Virus record (IMG/VR): IMGVR_UViG_3300032298_001311
Span: 1-64,000 of that record
Source: a virus
DNA: 64,000 nt
Direction: 5' to 3' (one strand)
In this document: positions 40,746-50,394 of the stretch, in pieces
How positions within the stretch are numbered: position 1 is the stretch's first letter
Layout: every line of letters starts with the position of its first letter
Position numbers and translations under genes: made by a program
The notes under the pieces: model-generated
What the model was told of the DNA's origin: nothing
Database searches by the model: none
The model's input: only the letters and a program-made list of their open reading frames with translations

Positions 40746-40937
40746 TTAATCGTCAACTTTCATAGTAGCTGCTTCTTTAACAAGAGCAAGAAGCTGATCA
40801 ACATCTTGAACAAGAATTTTAGCAGTTTTATAATCTTCGTTATTGTCGCGTCCACTAACTTCAATCATAAATCCATTGTCATAACGATAAACGGTAAACT
40901 GTTCACTAACCTTTTCGATTTTATCACTAACCTTCAT
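40746..40937 (-). CDS. Small hypothetical phage protein
   Basis: 63-aa ORF with SD AGAGG. Confidence 0.65.
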   Translation of the reverse strand: MKVSDKIEKVSEQFTVYRYDNGFMIEVSGRDNNEDYKTAKILVQDVDQLLALVKEAATMKVDD

Positions 40938-40954
40938 GTTCGCCTCTATGTTTG

Positions 40955-41037
40955 TGGTGCGCCTGGAGAGACTCGAACTCCCACGATCACTCGCTGGTAC
41001 CTAAAACCAGTGCGTCTACCAATTCCGCCACAAGCGC
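40955..41037 (-). tRNA. tRNA-Leu(TAG)
   Basis: Long variable arm, loop TTTAGGT, CCA. Confidence 0.93.
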
Positions 41038-41207
41038 ATTGTCTTTAATTTAGCAGTCTTATTGATCCTTGTCAACTTTATTAAAATATTTTTCTTGGAT
41101 TTCTCTTATCACTATGTTCCAATTTGGAATAACAATACCTAAAAGTAACCAAGAAGTTAGAGCCGCTACAAAATCCAAAAGCCAAAACCCTAGCTCTTTA
41201 AGTTTCA

Positions 41208-41471
41208 TTATATTTTTTTGATTGCTTTAGTTAATGCTTCTTGTTCTTTAATTAATACGAGATTGTCGTCACCAGTTACAGATACTTCACGACCTGAATC
41301 CATATAGATAGTAAATTCATAAAGTGATCCTTTAAATCCAACTTTATTATCTACATTAGTAATAGATTCAATCTTCTCAACGATAATATTTTCGCCGGTT
41401 GATAACGGGAATACAGTCATTTTCTGTCCTTTAATTTTCGATAACTTTTGGAACACATTTAACTTTAACAT
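41208..41471 (-). CDS. Hypothetical protein
   Basis: ORF; start may be MTVFPL at about 41420. Confidence 0.55.
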   Translation of the reverse strand: MLKLNVFQKLSKIKGQKMTVFPLSTGENIIVEKIESITNVDNKVGFKGSLYEFTIYMDSGREVSVTGDDNLVLIKEQEALTKAIKKI

Positions 41472-41658
41472 AATATGGATCGCCTAATTTTGGTGCAAAG
41501 GCAAGTCCCGCTATTCTTGTCTGCCCTTCTATTAAACATGACATCGGGGAGTTTTGATGTTCCCCGATAACAGTCGTCACTTCTGCATTCTCTTGATTAC
41601 AATCTTTTTCCGGAACACTTGTGTGACATATTAGAATAATTGGAATATACTTTATCAA
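41431..41658 (-). CDS. Small Cys-containing secreted-type protein
   Basis: Four Cys, C-terminal YVKVKC. Confidence 0.55.
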   Translation of the reverse strand: MIKYIPIILICHTSVPEKDCNQENAEVTTVIGEHQNSPMSCLIEGQTRIAGLAFAPKLGDPYYVKVKCVPKVIEN

Positions 41659-41660
41659 TA

Positions 41661-41840
41661 CTATCCCTTACATACAGTAGCTATCTTAATCTTATGTAAC
41701 TCAGTTCCTTTAGGAAGAGTCTGTTCGATAATTCCGCTCTTGCAAGAAGTCTTATCTAATTGAACTTCCTTATACTGGCATAGATTGTTTCCACCAAGAT
41801 TTAGGCATGTGTATAGGGTAGCTGCGATTAAAGTCTTCAT
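41661..41840 (-). CDS. Small four-Cys secreted-type protein (paralog A)
   Basis: MKTLIAATLYTCLN...C...C...VCKG; SD GGAGAG. Confidence 0.6.
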   Translation of the reverse strand: MKTLIAATLYTCLNLGGNNLCQYKEVQLDKTSCKSGIIEQTLPKGTELHKIKIATVCKG

Positions 41841-41906
41841 CTGTCTCTCCTTGTGTGTGTAATAGTATAATATACTATCTCTGTTGACTAAAGCCAAAAG
41901 TATTTA

Positions 41907-42080
41907 TTAAGATTTATGGCACTTAACATGAATTTTAGCGTCTTCAAAAACACCATCATTTGGAACTTTTGCGTCTAATGTTCCAATACTGCAAGCTCTA
42001 CTTTCAATTTGAACTTGTTTTTGTTCGCATGGACCGCTATTCAAACACATTAAAAGTGTAGCCATAACAAAAGTCTTCAT
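41907..42080 (-). CDS. Small four-Cys secreted-type protein (paralog B; not in ORF track)
   Basis: MKTFVMATLLMCLNSGPCEQKQVQIESRACSIGTLDAKVPNDGVFEDAKIHVKCHKS. Confidence 0.6.
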   Translation of the reverse strand: MKTFVMATLLMCLNSGPCEQKQVQIESRACSIGTLDAKVPNDGVFEDAKIHVKCHKS

Positions 42081-42105
42081 ATAATACTCCTTACAAAGAT
42101 AGTAT

Positions 42106-42273
42106 TTATTCGCTCTTTTGATCAGAGTTTACTGGTAATTTTTCTTCTAATATTTTCTTCACATTGGAGAATTCTCTAAAAGGAAGAAATTTCCCCAATT
42201 TTGAAGACCAAACTTCTTCATCTAAAGCTCGTTCGTATTTCTTTAGAATTTCTTGAAGTTCTTCAATATTCAT
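42106..42273 (-). CDS. Small hypothetical protein (55 aa)
   Basis: MNIEELQEILKKYERAL...; fills the gap in the operon. Confidence 0.45.
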   Translation of the reverse strand: MNIEELQEILKKYERALDEEVWSSKLGKFLPFREFSNVKKILEEKLPVNSDQKSE

Positions 42274-42275
42274 AG

Positions 42276-42416
42276 TTACATTCCAAATTGTTTCTTAACA
42301 ATTGCAACGGCTACGTCAAATGCTTCTCCGAGCGTGACATCATTTAAACCTTTTGATAAAACTTCACGCATTGCTTCTACAGCAGCAGTTTTAGTTTCTT
42401 CGCTAATCTCAAACAT
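42276..42416 (-). CDS. Small hypothetical protein (46 aa)
   Basis: MFEISEETKTAAVEAMREVL...; SD GGAGA. Confidence 0.5.
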   Translation of the reverse strand: MFEISEETKTAAVEAMREVLSKGLNDVTLGEAFDVAVAIVKKQFGM

Positions 42417-42427
42417 TTATATCTCCA

Positions 42428-42628
42428 TTATTTGCAAGGACGAAAAGCAGTAGAATAAGGACCAGTCTTATATTCACAAACTTTTTGTCTCGGTCTTGTA
42501 CTCTTATAATAGACACCATTGGTGTCTGCGTCAACACCTAATTTGTCTGCGACCTCCACAATAGTTAAACCTGCATTTACAGCATTACATCCTGTTAAGA
42601 ATAAAGATAAAAGAATAACATATCTCAT
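42428..42628 (-). CDS. Small lipoprotein
   Basis: Lipobox LTGC. Confidence 0.65.
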   Translation of the reverse strand: MRYVILLSLFLTGCNAVNAGLTIVEVADKLGVDADTNGVYYKSTRPRQKVCEYKTGPYSTAFRPCK

Positions 42629-42957
42629 GATCGTGTTCCTCTATATTTTTCTAGGGTAGAATGTAATATATCAATAGAACTATCGTTCATTTTTGTTTTA
42701 TGAGTCTTTGACATTAAACAATACTTGCCTGATCCGTATTGGATGATTATTGTTTCCTGATCATTAAGAGGAGTAAACAGTACTTCTAAAGTTTGTCCAT
42801 CCTTCGTTAATGATTGAAACAAAGTTTGAAATTTATTATCCTCAATATATTTCATAACTTCGTCTTTGTTGTAACATTGAGGGCCAACGCTTGGTTTAGC
42901 GTTGACCATATCGTAGGTTAATAATCCTACTAATAATCCTAAAAGGATTAATCTCAT
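42625..42957 (-). CDS. Secreted hypothetical protein
   Basis: Signal peptide, two Cys. Confidence 0.6.
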   Translation of the reverse strand: MRLILLGLLVGLLTYDMVNAKPSVGPQCYNKDEVMKYIEDNKFQTLFQSLTKDGQTLEVLFTPLNDQETIIIQYGSGKYCLMSKTHKTKMNDSSIDILHSTLEKYRGTRS

Positions 42958-42958
42958 A

Positions 42959-43150
42959 TTACTTCTTTACTGGAGCAGGAACAACAGCAGTACCGGCCTT
43001 GTTCTGAATCTCTAGCGGAGGCTTCCATCCTTGGAAGGAAGTTGCCTTCTTTGGAGCAACTGGAGTAGTAACTGTGTGTCCTGGAACGTGAGCTGCTATT
43101 GCTGCGGTACTAAAAAAAACAGCAAATAGAATAGTTGTGATCTTACGCAT
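42959..43150 (-). CDS. Small secreted Pro/Ala-rich protein
   Basis: Signal peptide ending AIA-A. Confidence 0.6.
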   Translation of the reverse strand: MRKITTILFAVFFSTAAIAAHVPGHTVTTPVAPKKATSFQGWKPPLEIQNKAGTAVVPAPVKK

Positions 43151-43171
43151 TTTGTTTCTCCATTTAATAAA

Positions 43172-44377
43172 TTACTTATTTTCTTTAAAAAGATAATTGA
43201 ATAGTTCCGGAAGGTAATTTTCTATTGATCTATTTCTAAATTTATCTGATTTTTCAATAAAAGTTTTTGCTCTATTAAATTTATCAGATTTATTATCTTG
43301 TGGTTCTTCTAGCCATTCTATTAATGTATTAAATTGATCAAAATTTGGAAGGTATTCTTCGTCTTTCCAAGTCTCTTTCATATTTTTTAAATTATTAATT
43401 TCAATTTGACGATACTCTAAATCTAGTATGTGACAATTAACATAATCGGGATTTACTGCATTTTGAATATGTATACTTGTAGGTATCTTATATTCTTGTG
43501 TAAGTCTTTTCCAAAAAGAAAAAACCTCATGTATACCTAAAGAATTGAAGATGCTCAATGTGGTGCTTAATGATATACCATGTCTTTGAGGATTTTCTTT
43601 TACAAGTTGGAAATATCTTCTAACATTTTTTTCAACTTTTTCCCATGATACAGGGTATCTTATATAATCGTTTATTTTATTATATCCGTCAATAGATACA
43701 CCAACATGAACATATTTAAAACTCTCCCATAGACTAATCATTTTATCGGACATACCTGTTAGATTTGTTACATAATGTAAACTTATATTATGACTTTTTC
43801 CTTGTTCTATTAGTTTTTGAAGGAATTCCATGTGTTCTTCCATTATTGTAGGTTCGCCACCTATAAACTGTATTCTATTTAAATTAGGAAAAGCATTACA
43901 TAATTCGTCAATTTTTTCTTTTGTTATAGATGACCTTGGATTCTTCATTAGAGATCCAAAAATATATTCATGTTCTTCTTCCCATAGAGTACTAGAATGC
44001 CATGAACATGTCATACATTTACTGTTACATTTTGATCCCAACGACAAGTCTAAAAAATAAATGTCGTTTGGATTTAAAATTTTATTCATAGGAATTTCTG
44101 AATTTGGTAAATGATTATTCCATCCAGTCCTCATAGAAGTATTACTAGCATTTTCGGATATTTTACATCTAGTGCATACTTCTGGCCATTCGCCATTTAT
44201 AAGTTGTTCTCTAAATTCGATTAAACTTTTTTTATTAATACTTTCTAAAATAGAATTATAAGATTCCTCGTCTTTTTTCCAATTAAGAGTCGAACAACAA
44301 GGTTGGGTTTCTCCCATAACATTGATATTAATCGATCCAAAAGCTAATCCGCAATAAATGGGAGTTTTTTTATCCAT
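43172..44377 (-). CDS. Radical SAM protein with N-terminal SPASM/twitch-like domain
   Basis: CNSKCMTC (CxxxCxxC), GGEPT, VSIDG; N-terminal PCC...CTRC. Confidence 0.85.
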   Translation of the reverse strand: MDKKTPIYCGLAFGSININVMGETQPCCSTLNWKKDEESYNSILESINKKSLIEFREQLINGEWPEVCTRCKISENASNTSMRTGWNNHLPNSEIPMNKILNPNDIYFLDLSLGSKCNSKCMTCSWHSSTLWEEEHEYIFGSLMKNPRSSITKEKIDELCNAFPNLNRIQFIGGEPTIMEEHMEFLQKLIEQGKSHNISLHYVTNLTGMSDKMISLWESFKYVHVGVSIDGYNKINDYIRYPVSWEKVEKNVRRYFQLVKENPQRHGISLSTTLSIFNSLGIHEVFSFWKRLTQEYKIPTSIHIQNAVNPDYVNCHILDLEYRQIEINNLKNMKETWKDEEYLPNFDQFNTLIEWLEEPQDNKSDKFNRAKTFIEKSDKFRNRSIENYLPELFNYLFKENK

Positions 44378-44381
44378 GGAG

Positions 44382-44389
44382 TATTTATA
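44382..44389 (-). promoter_or_regulatory. T4-type late promoter abutting the tRNA-Ser CCA end
   Basis: TATAAATA. Confidence 0.65.
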
Positions 44390-44479
44390 TGGCGGAAGAG
44401 GTGAGATTCGAACTCACGGTAGGCTTGCACCTACGGCGGTTTTCAAGACCGCTGCCTTAAACCACTCGGCCACCCTTCC
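44390..44479 (-). tRNA. tRNA-Ser(TGA)
   Basis: Long variable arm, loop CTTGAAA, CCA. Confidence 0.95.
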
Positions 44480-44480
44480 G

Positions 44481-44909
44481 TTAAGTGTATTCATAGTTTA
44501 CACTATCTTCGTTTACTCTCAATATTTTAGCACCATTGTCGGTATGAAATCTACTAGCAGTAAATGTTTGAGGACTAAGAGTTATAAAACGATTAATTTC
44601 TGGTTTCTGTTCTTTTATATAGTCTTTTGCTTTAAAGAGCAGCCTTCTTCCTGATCCTGGCTTATAACTCCAAATGGTATAAAAAATTGCCATAGTCGGA
44701 TTATCAGAAGATATTAAATCTTCTATACTAGAAGGTATATGATCTTGATAGCTAACACAAACTACAGCAGCAGGATCGTTATTGTCTAGAAGGACTATTA
44801 TTTCTTTATTACCAATAATTCGTTCAAGAGCATATATGTCTTTACGTACAGGATCATCTTTTATTAAGTTTAATAATGGATCTCTTATATCATTAATTAT
44901 ATGTAGCAT
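44481..44909 (-). CDS. Hypothetical phage protein, GNAT-like
   Basis: FYTIWSYKPGSGRRL, TLSP, RFHTDNGA resemble acetyl-CoA-binding motifs. Confidence 0.55.
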   Translation of the reverse strand: MLHIINDIRDPLLNLIKDDPVRKDIYALERIIGNKEIIVLLDNNDPAAVVCVSYQDHIPSSIEDLISSDNPTMAIFYTIWSYKPGSGRRLLFKAKDYIKEQKPEINRFITLSPQTFTASRFHTDNGAKILRVNEDSVNYEYT

Positions 44910-45191
44910 TTACCAACCGTAATATCCGTACCCGTAAGCTGGCCCATAATATCCACCGTAAGGATAATAATAAACTGGAGGAGCATAATAATATTGTGGT
45001 GCATAATAATATTGTTGTGAAGCTATAGCACCTCCGATTATTGCGCCTGCAATTGCAGCACCAGCCATTGCACCACCGTATCCATATCCTCCGTAATACC
45101 CGCCGTACCCATAACGATACCAAGCATTAGCTGGTGCAATAGATGCTACAGTTATTCCGATTATAGTTATAAAAGCAAGAAGTTTTTTCAT
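44910..45191 (-). CDS. Secreted Gly/Tyr-rich protein of a type common in Rhizobiales
   Basis: Signal peptide, GAAIAGAIIGGAIA zipper, YYAP repeats. Confidence 0.65.
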   Translation of the reverse strand: MKKLLAFITIIGITVASIAPANAWYRYGYGGYYGGYGYGGAMAGAAIAGAIIGGAIASQQYYYAPQYYYAPPVYYYPYGGYYGPAYGYGYYGW

Positions 45192-45221
45192 TGTGTTCTC
45201 CTTCTTGCTTATTTAACAGTA

Positions 45222-45719
45222 TTATTCTTCCTTTGGAATTAAACTTTCTAACGGGGTTGGTGTAAAGTTTAACATCTCTACACAACAGTTTATATAACTC
45301 GACTCCGGTACTGAATTTTTATGGACATGTCCGTGTAAGTTATACTTTGTCTTATACAATGACGAAGTATGAACAGGAACATGCGTCAGTAGACAGTTAT
45401 ATTCCGGAAACATTCTCCACATCATAATTTTCTGGAAATTCTTATGTAAGTTTTCACACTTGCCATTATCATGATTTCCAAGGATCAAACGCTTGCGTCC
45501 TTTTAGGCGATTAAGTACTTCGTGACCTTTCCCAAAATAAACATCACCAAGATGATATACGATATCTCCATCGGAGACAACTCGATTCCAGTTTTCAACC
45601 ATTGTTTCATTCATATGCTCCACTGATTCAAACAGACGGAGGAATTCTCCGTCTGTGGTTTTGAATTTAAGGATATTCGTATGACCAAAGTGCGTATCCG
45701 AAATTACAAAGATGGTCAT
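45222..45719 (-). CDS. Calcineurin-like metallophosphoesterase
   Basis: SDTHFGH, LGD, GNHD, HGHVH. Confidence 0.88.
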   Translation of the reverse strand: MTIFVISDTHFGHTNILKFKTTDGEFLRLFESVEHMNETMVENWNRVVSDGDIVYHLGDVYFGKGHEVLNRLKGRKRLILGNHDNGKCENLHKNFQKIMMWRMFPEYNCLLTHVPVHTSSLYKTKYNLHGHVHKNSVPESSYINCCVEMLNFTPTPLESLIPKEE

Positions 45720-47536
45720 TACGACTCCCTAATTGGTTCCTTTCCATCTAGCAGATCGATTATTTCTTGTCCGCTCAATGTCTCATATAGTATAAGGCCT
45801 TGTGCAAGTTTGTCAAGTTGATCACGCTTCTCTATTAGGATTTGTTTTGCCGTTTCATATCCTTCTTGAATAAAACGACGGACTTCGTTATCGATTACCT
45901 TTTGGGTTTCTTGTGATATATGTTGTTCACGACCCATTGAATAACCGAGGAACTGTTCCTGCTGTGGCTCACTATAAGCAACTGTTCCAAGTTTATCACT
46001 AAAGCCTAATTGGGTAACCATAGCACGAGCAATTCGAGTAGCCTGTTGGATATCACCAGCAGCACCTGAACTTACCTTATCGTGTCCAAAAATTAATTCT
46101 TCAGCAACACGACCTCCCATTGCCATTGCCAACATTGCAATCAACTGTTCGTAGGTTTGACTAATCTCGTCACGTTCCGGAAGTGATTGCACCATACCTA
46201 AAGCACGACCTCTCGGTATGATTGTAGCTTTATGGATCGGTGTAGATCCTGGCATATTAAGACTTACAAGAGCATGTCCTCCTTCGTGATAAGCAGTCAT
46301 CTTTTTCTCATCATCGGTCATTAATAATGTGCGACGCTCTGCTCCCATAAGAATTTTATCACGGGCATCTTCAAATTCCTGTTTAGTAACAATTCTCTTA
46401 CTGCGACGAGCAGCAAGTAGAGCCGCCTCGTTAACAAGATTCATTAAGTCAGCACCACTAAATCCGGGTGTGCCACGAGCAACTACTTTAAGATCAACAT
46501 CTGGAGCAAGTGGAACTTTACGTGCGTGAACTTTAAGTATTTTTTCACGTCCTGTAATATCTGGATTACCTACAGTAATCTGACGATCAAATCTTCCTGG
46601 ACGAAGTAATGCAGGATCGAGAACATCAACTCTGTTAGTTGCTGCTATGATAATAATACCTTCGTTAGGTTCAAAGCCGTCCATTTCAACAAGTAAAGCA
46701 TTAAGTGTTTGTTCACGCTCATCGTTACCACCGCCTAATCCGGCACCACGATGTCTACCAACAGCATCAACTTCGTCAACAAACACAATACATGGAGCAT
46801 TTTTCTTTGCTTGTTCAAACATGTCACGAACACGACTTGCACCAACACCAACAAACATCTCAACAAAGTCTGAACCAGAAATGCTAAAAAACGGGACTCC
46901 TGCTTCACCTGCTACTGCTTTAGCAAGTAGAGTTTTACCAGTACCTGGTGGTCCAACTAATAGAACACCTCTTGGAATTTTACCACCAACAAGTTCAAAC
47001 TTGTTAGGATTCTTAAGAAAATCTACAACCTCTTGTAGGTCTTCCTTTGCTTCGTCAACACCTGCAACATCTTCAAATGTCACTGTGCCTTGCGATTCCA
47101 TAAGTTTGGCTTTTGATTTACCAAATCCCATAGCACCGCCCATGCCACCTCCTCCTCGCATACCCCTTGCTAACCAATACCATACAAGTATGAATACAAT
47201 TAAAGGTAGCAAATTTGCAGCTAATAGAGATGTCCAAGTTTCACCACCTACTGGTTTAACTGTAATTTGTACTTTTTTATCCTGTAGTTTTGTAATAAGT
47301 GTTGGGTCATTTGGGACATATGTTTGAAAAGTTCTGTTATCACTAAAATGACCCTGAACATCACTTCCACTAATCAAAACATCGTGGACACGACCTTCAC
47401 TGATTTGAACAAGAAAATCGCTAAAATTGATTTCTCTTGTACTAGGCTTACTCTCTTGATTTTGCCACATAGCAAACAGAATACCTGCCACTACAGAAAA
47501 AACAATCCAAGGTATATACTTCTTAAGGTTTTTCAT
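45719..47536 (-). CDS. ftsH: ATP-dependent zinc metalloprotease FtsH
   Basis: Two TM segments, [27 protein letters not shown]. Confidence 0.96.
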   Translation of the reverse strand: MKNLKKYIPWIVFSVVAGILFAMWQNQESKPSTREINFSDFLVQISEGRVHDVLISGSDVQGHFSDNRTFQTYVPNDPTLITKLQDKKVQITVKPVGGETWTSLLAANLLPLIVFILVWYWLARGMRGGGGMGGAMGFGKSKAKLMESQGTVTFEDVAGVDEAKEDLQEVVDFLKNPNKFELVGGKIPRGVLLVGPPGTGKTLLAKAVAGEAGVPFFSISGSDFVEMFVGVGASRVRDMFEQAKKNAPCIVFVDEVDAVGRHRGAGLGGGNDEREQTLNALLVEMDGFEPNEGIIIIAATNRVDVLDPALLRPGRFDRQITVGNPDITGREKILKVHARKVPLAPDVDLKVVARGTPGFSGADLMNLVNEAALLAARRSKRIVTKQEFEDARDKILMGAERRTLLMTDDEKKMTAYHEGGHALVSLNMPGSTPIHKATIIPRGRALGMVQSLPERDEISQTYEQLIAMLAMAMGGRVAEELIFGHDKVSSGAAGDIQQATRIARAMVTQLGFSDKLGTVAYSEPQQEQFLGYSMGREQHISQETQKVIDNEVRRFIQEGYETAKQILIEKRDQLDKLAQGLILYETLSGQEIIDLLDGKEPIRES

Positions 47537-47586
47537 GATATATTCCTAATAGTTATATTTTTACTTATCTGCATATTTTATATAAT

Positions 47587-48309
47587 TTATCTTGTAATAA
47601 GACAGTGGGCGATTATTCTCTCGTCCGATCTTAAGACAGTTTCATATATATTATTTTTTTTAATAGTTAATCCATATATCTTATCTTCTGGAGTTATATT
47701 GCTAAAAAAGAATATTTTAATTTTTTTAATAGATGATTGTATTTTGTTGAAGGTTAAATGTTCACTTAGGTATACCAAGTTAATATAGTTGGCAAAATAT
47801 AATATTCTAACTCCATTAAAATATGCCTCTGGGCTAAACAACAAATCTTTATAGTCTTCTTTATTTTGTATATCTATATATTTTTTCTTTATTTCTTTAT
47901 GTTCTGAAGAAAATGTAATACTTGTATTTTCAAAAACAGTTGAATTCTGTAATGGAGTATCTCTAATTAAAATATTAGAGTTAAGGTCCTTTTTTACAAA
48001 TATTGTATCAACAATGGCATTTGCTGTGTTTCCTGTACAACAAATAGCATGTTTAGATCTATAAATTTGATTATTAAATTTATAAATTTTGCTTATAATT
48101 TCAGCATTATCGAATTCTTTAAAAGAGTCTTGTCCTTCACCGAAGTCTATTTCGAGAGCAAATACACTTGCATATAGTCTTTGATTTTGTTCATTTATAG
48201 TGGAAATCTTCTTTAAGAAAGCCCAATGATTCTCAGCTAATGTTTTAGATAACCATACAGGATCTAATCCATTATAATTTAAATGAGGCATTCCTATTTC
48301 AAAATTCAT
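47587..48309 (-). CDS. Pnap_2097/LnmK-like double hotdog-fold protein
   Basis: EIGMPHL...W...ENHW and NGVRILYFANY resemble my recollection of the family motifs (GMPQL, NGAGLLYFA). Confidence 0.65.
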   Translation of the reverse strand: MNFEIGMPHLNYNGLDPVWLSKTLAENHWAFLKKISTINEQNQRLYASVFALEIDFGEGQDSFKEFDNAEIISKIYKFNNQIYRSKHAICCTGNTANAIVDTIFVKKDLNSNILIRDTPLQNSTVFENTSITFSSEHKEIKKKYIDIQNKEDYKDLLFSPEAYFNGVRILYFANYINLVYLSEHLTFNKIQSSIKKIKIFFFSNITPEDKIYGLTIKKNNIYETVLRSDERIIAHCLITR

Positions 48310-48322
48310 ACTTAAATCCCTT

Positions 48323-48397
48323 TGGTGCTAATGGTAGGAATTGAACCTACTTTAAAGACCTTATGAGAGTCCCTCGATGCCATACCGACCCACTAGC
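48323..48397 (-). tRNA. tRNA with CAT anticodon (elongator Met or lysidine Ile2), atypical
   Basis: G1-C72 acceptor stem, loop CTCATAA, CCA; G at position 8. Confidence 0.7.
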
Positions 48398-48398
48398 A

Positions 48399-48542
48399 TT
48401 ACGTAACCTTTTCTATCTGATAGATATCAATAAATCCTTTTTGAGTATTTGCGTATTCAGTTGCTTTAATAAGATCATCAAACCAAACTTTGTATTCGTT
48501 ACCTTGATATTTTCCGTAAACTATATAACCTTCTCTCGGTTC
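48399..48542 (-). CDS. Small hypothetical protein
   Basis: MEPREGYIVYGKY...; longer track ORF overlaps tRNA-Asp, so start set at 48542. Confidence 0.5.
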   Translation of the reverse strand, partial: EPREGYIVYGKYQGNEYKVWFDDLIKATEYANTQKGFIDIYQIEKVT

Positions 48543-48563
48543 CATAACACACCTTATAATAAT

Positions 48564-48640
48564 TGGCGACCTGGATGGGGCTCGAACCCACAACTTCCGC
48601 CGTGACAGGGCGGTGCTCTAACCAATTGAACTACCAGGCC
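48564..48640 (-). tRNA. tRNA-Asp(GTC)
   Basis: Cloverleaf, loop CTGTCAC, CCA. Confidence 0.95.
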
Positions 48641-48645
48641 ATAAG

Positions 48646-48721
48646 TGGCTCTCCGACCAGGACTCGAACCTGGGACCCAGCGATTAACAGTCGCTTGCTC
48701 TACCGGCTGAGCTATCGGGAA
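48646..48721 (-). tRNA. tRNA-Asn(GTT)
   Basis: Loop CTGTTAA, CCA; one acceptor-stem mismatch. Confidence 0.9.
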
Positions 48722-48749
48722 ATAACTTACAAACTTATATTAACATCTA

Positions 48750-49178
48750 TTAGTGTGTAGTCAACCTATTGATTACCATACTTACCCATTTGTCAGTATC
48801 ATAATCTGTTACTCTAATATCGTAGTTTATAGGAGGTTCAAATAATGTATTAGTATCATTAAATCTTCCTTGTTTTATAGTGTCTATCCATATAGTGATA
48901 TCGGCATTAAAAATTTTACGATATTCTTCTAAAGGACACACATAATCACAAACAGCTATAATTTTATTTTCTTTACAAATATTTGCCTTTTCAGACATTC
49001 TTTCTGTTTGTCGTAGTCTTCCCTCCCGAGAAAAATCCCAATCATTATACATTTTACGAATATCGTCACCATTATACCAAGAAAATGACTTACCCTCATT
49101 ACTTAATCTATCTATTAATTTATGAGCAAATGTAGTTTTACCTGCACCAGGTAATCCCATTATTAGTATTTTATACAT
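48750..49178 (-). CDS. Adenylylsulfate kinase-like P-loop kinase
   Basis: GLPGAGKTT, NGDDIR, FSREGRLRQ, FEPP. Confidence 0.75.
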   Translation of the reverse strand: MYKILIMGLPGAGKTTFAHKLIDRLSNEGKSFSWYNGDDIRKMYNDWDFSREGRLRQTERMSEKANICKENKIIAVCDYVCPLEEYRKIFNADITIWIDTIKQGRFNDTNTLFEPPINYDIRVTDYDTDKWVSMVINRLTTH

Positions 49179-49190
49179 AGATTATTTATT

Positions 49191-49267
49191 TGGAGCACCT
49201 GGTAAGATTTGAACTCACAACCTACGGTTTCGAAGACCGCCGCTCCATCCAGTTGAGCTATAGATGC
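49191..49267 (-). tRNA. tRNA-Arg(TCG)
   Basis: Loop CTTCGAA, CCA; first 10 nt overlap the end of the upstream CDS. Confidence 0.92.
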
Positions 49268-49821
49268 GCTTTTAGTTTTTCAAAAACTATTTGATTACCG
49301 GTATCATTGTAATGATTTATTAATCCTTGATGTTTTTCAAATACTTGTTTAAAAGAGATCATGGCAGGAAATTTATATAAACCTTTCCAATTAAAACTTG
49401 TTATATGCAATACAGGATAATCTTTAGTTATTTCGTCAATTTGTTTACAAATAAGGTTATGTGTAAATTCTGCATAATCTAAATCAAAATATTTTTCATA
49501 ATAATCTACTATAGACAGTTCTTTATGATATTCAACATCTGAATATATAAAATCGCTATTCTTATGTAATATATCATTATAATGTAAAGGATGTTTTCTA
49601 ACATAAAGTCTATACGGACTTGTATGTGAAATAATAACAATATCAAAATTATTTAAGTTTATTGATTTTAATTGTTGATGAATTTTATATTCGCCGCACC
49701 CTGCTTGAGCAAGATTTGTTACTTTATATTCTTTTGATAACATATTAGGCCAACCGCAGCCTTGATATTTTATAGTCCAATCGGCAGCAAAACTATCGCC
49801 ACATATTAATATTTTTTTCAT
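49258..49821 (-). CDS. SGNH-like hydrolase/acyltransferase
   Basis: ICGDSFA, NLAQAG, INH motifs. Confidence 0.65.
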   Translation of the reverse strand: MKKILICGDSFAADWTIKYQGCGWPNMLSKEYKVTNLAQAGCGEYKIHQQLKSINLNNFDIVIISHTSPYRLYVRKHPLHYNDILHKNSDFIYSDVEYHKELSIVDYYEKYFDLDYAEFTHNLICKQIDEITKDYPVLHITSFNWKGLYKFPAMISFKQVFEKHQGLINHYNDTGNQIVFEKLKAHL

Positions 49822-49831
49822 GGTGTATTTA

Positions 49832-49860
49832 AAAGGGAGGAAACGGACGGTCCTCCCTTT
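49832..49860 (-). terminator. Intrinsic terminator after the peptidase gene
   Basis: AAAGGGAGGA / TCCTCCCTTT inverted repeat. Confidence 0.7.
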
Positions 49861-49866
49861 ATGATT

Positions 49867-50394
49867 TTATCGTCTTGCTTCAATGTGCATGTGATTATAA
49901 TGTCCTCTTACTTTCCAAAGGACTGCATAACCGGCTGCTCTAGCACGAGCAGCAACACCATCAAACCAATGTCTTGTTCTTGGGTTAGAAGCTTCAACAA
50001 CGCCGCGACCTACATTTATATCGATAGCACGACCTGCATAATGTCCATGACCATGATGGACATGATGAACACCGCCAAACGCAGGATGTTCCGAAACTCT
50101 AATACCTTGATGTTGTAACATACGGCCGTACGCTACTATACTCGGTGATGCTTTACCAGCATAATGTTGGCTGTATGTATTGTAATAACTGTGTCTTAAA
50201 GGAACACGATTACGAAGTTGTGGTGATACACCCCATCTGTCGTTGCTGGTTCCAAGAATGTGGTCAATCGGACTTTCCCACGATTCTTCATAGTTTGAAT
50301 ACTGAGTATTCTTATAGTAACGACGAGCTTCCGCTGTACTGCTACTCGCAGCCAATACGATAGCCATAGCTACCAATAATATAATCCTCTTCAT
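49867..50394 (-). CDS. Secreted LAS/M15-type zinc peptidase (peptidoglycan hydrolase-like)
   Basis: Signal peptide; H-x6-D (HYAGRAID) and HxH (HMH) ligands. Confidence 0.7.
   Translation of the reverse strand: MKRIILLVAMAIVLAASSSTAEARRYYKNTQYSNYEESWESPIDHILGTSNDRWGVSPQLRNRVPLRHSYYNTYSQHYAGKASPSIVAYGRMLQHQGIRVSEHPAFGGVHHVHHGHGHYAGRAIDINVGRGVVEASNPRTRHWFDGVAARARAAGYAVLWKVRGHYNHMHIEARR

Noticed and set aside
40459-41048. + strand ORFs 40459..40698 and 40806..41048, and similar ones at 44358, 48363, 48563 and 55646
   Set aside because: They are reverse complements of tRNA genes
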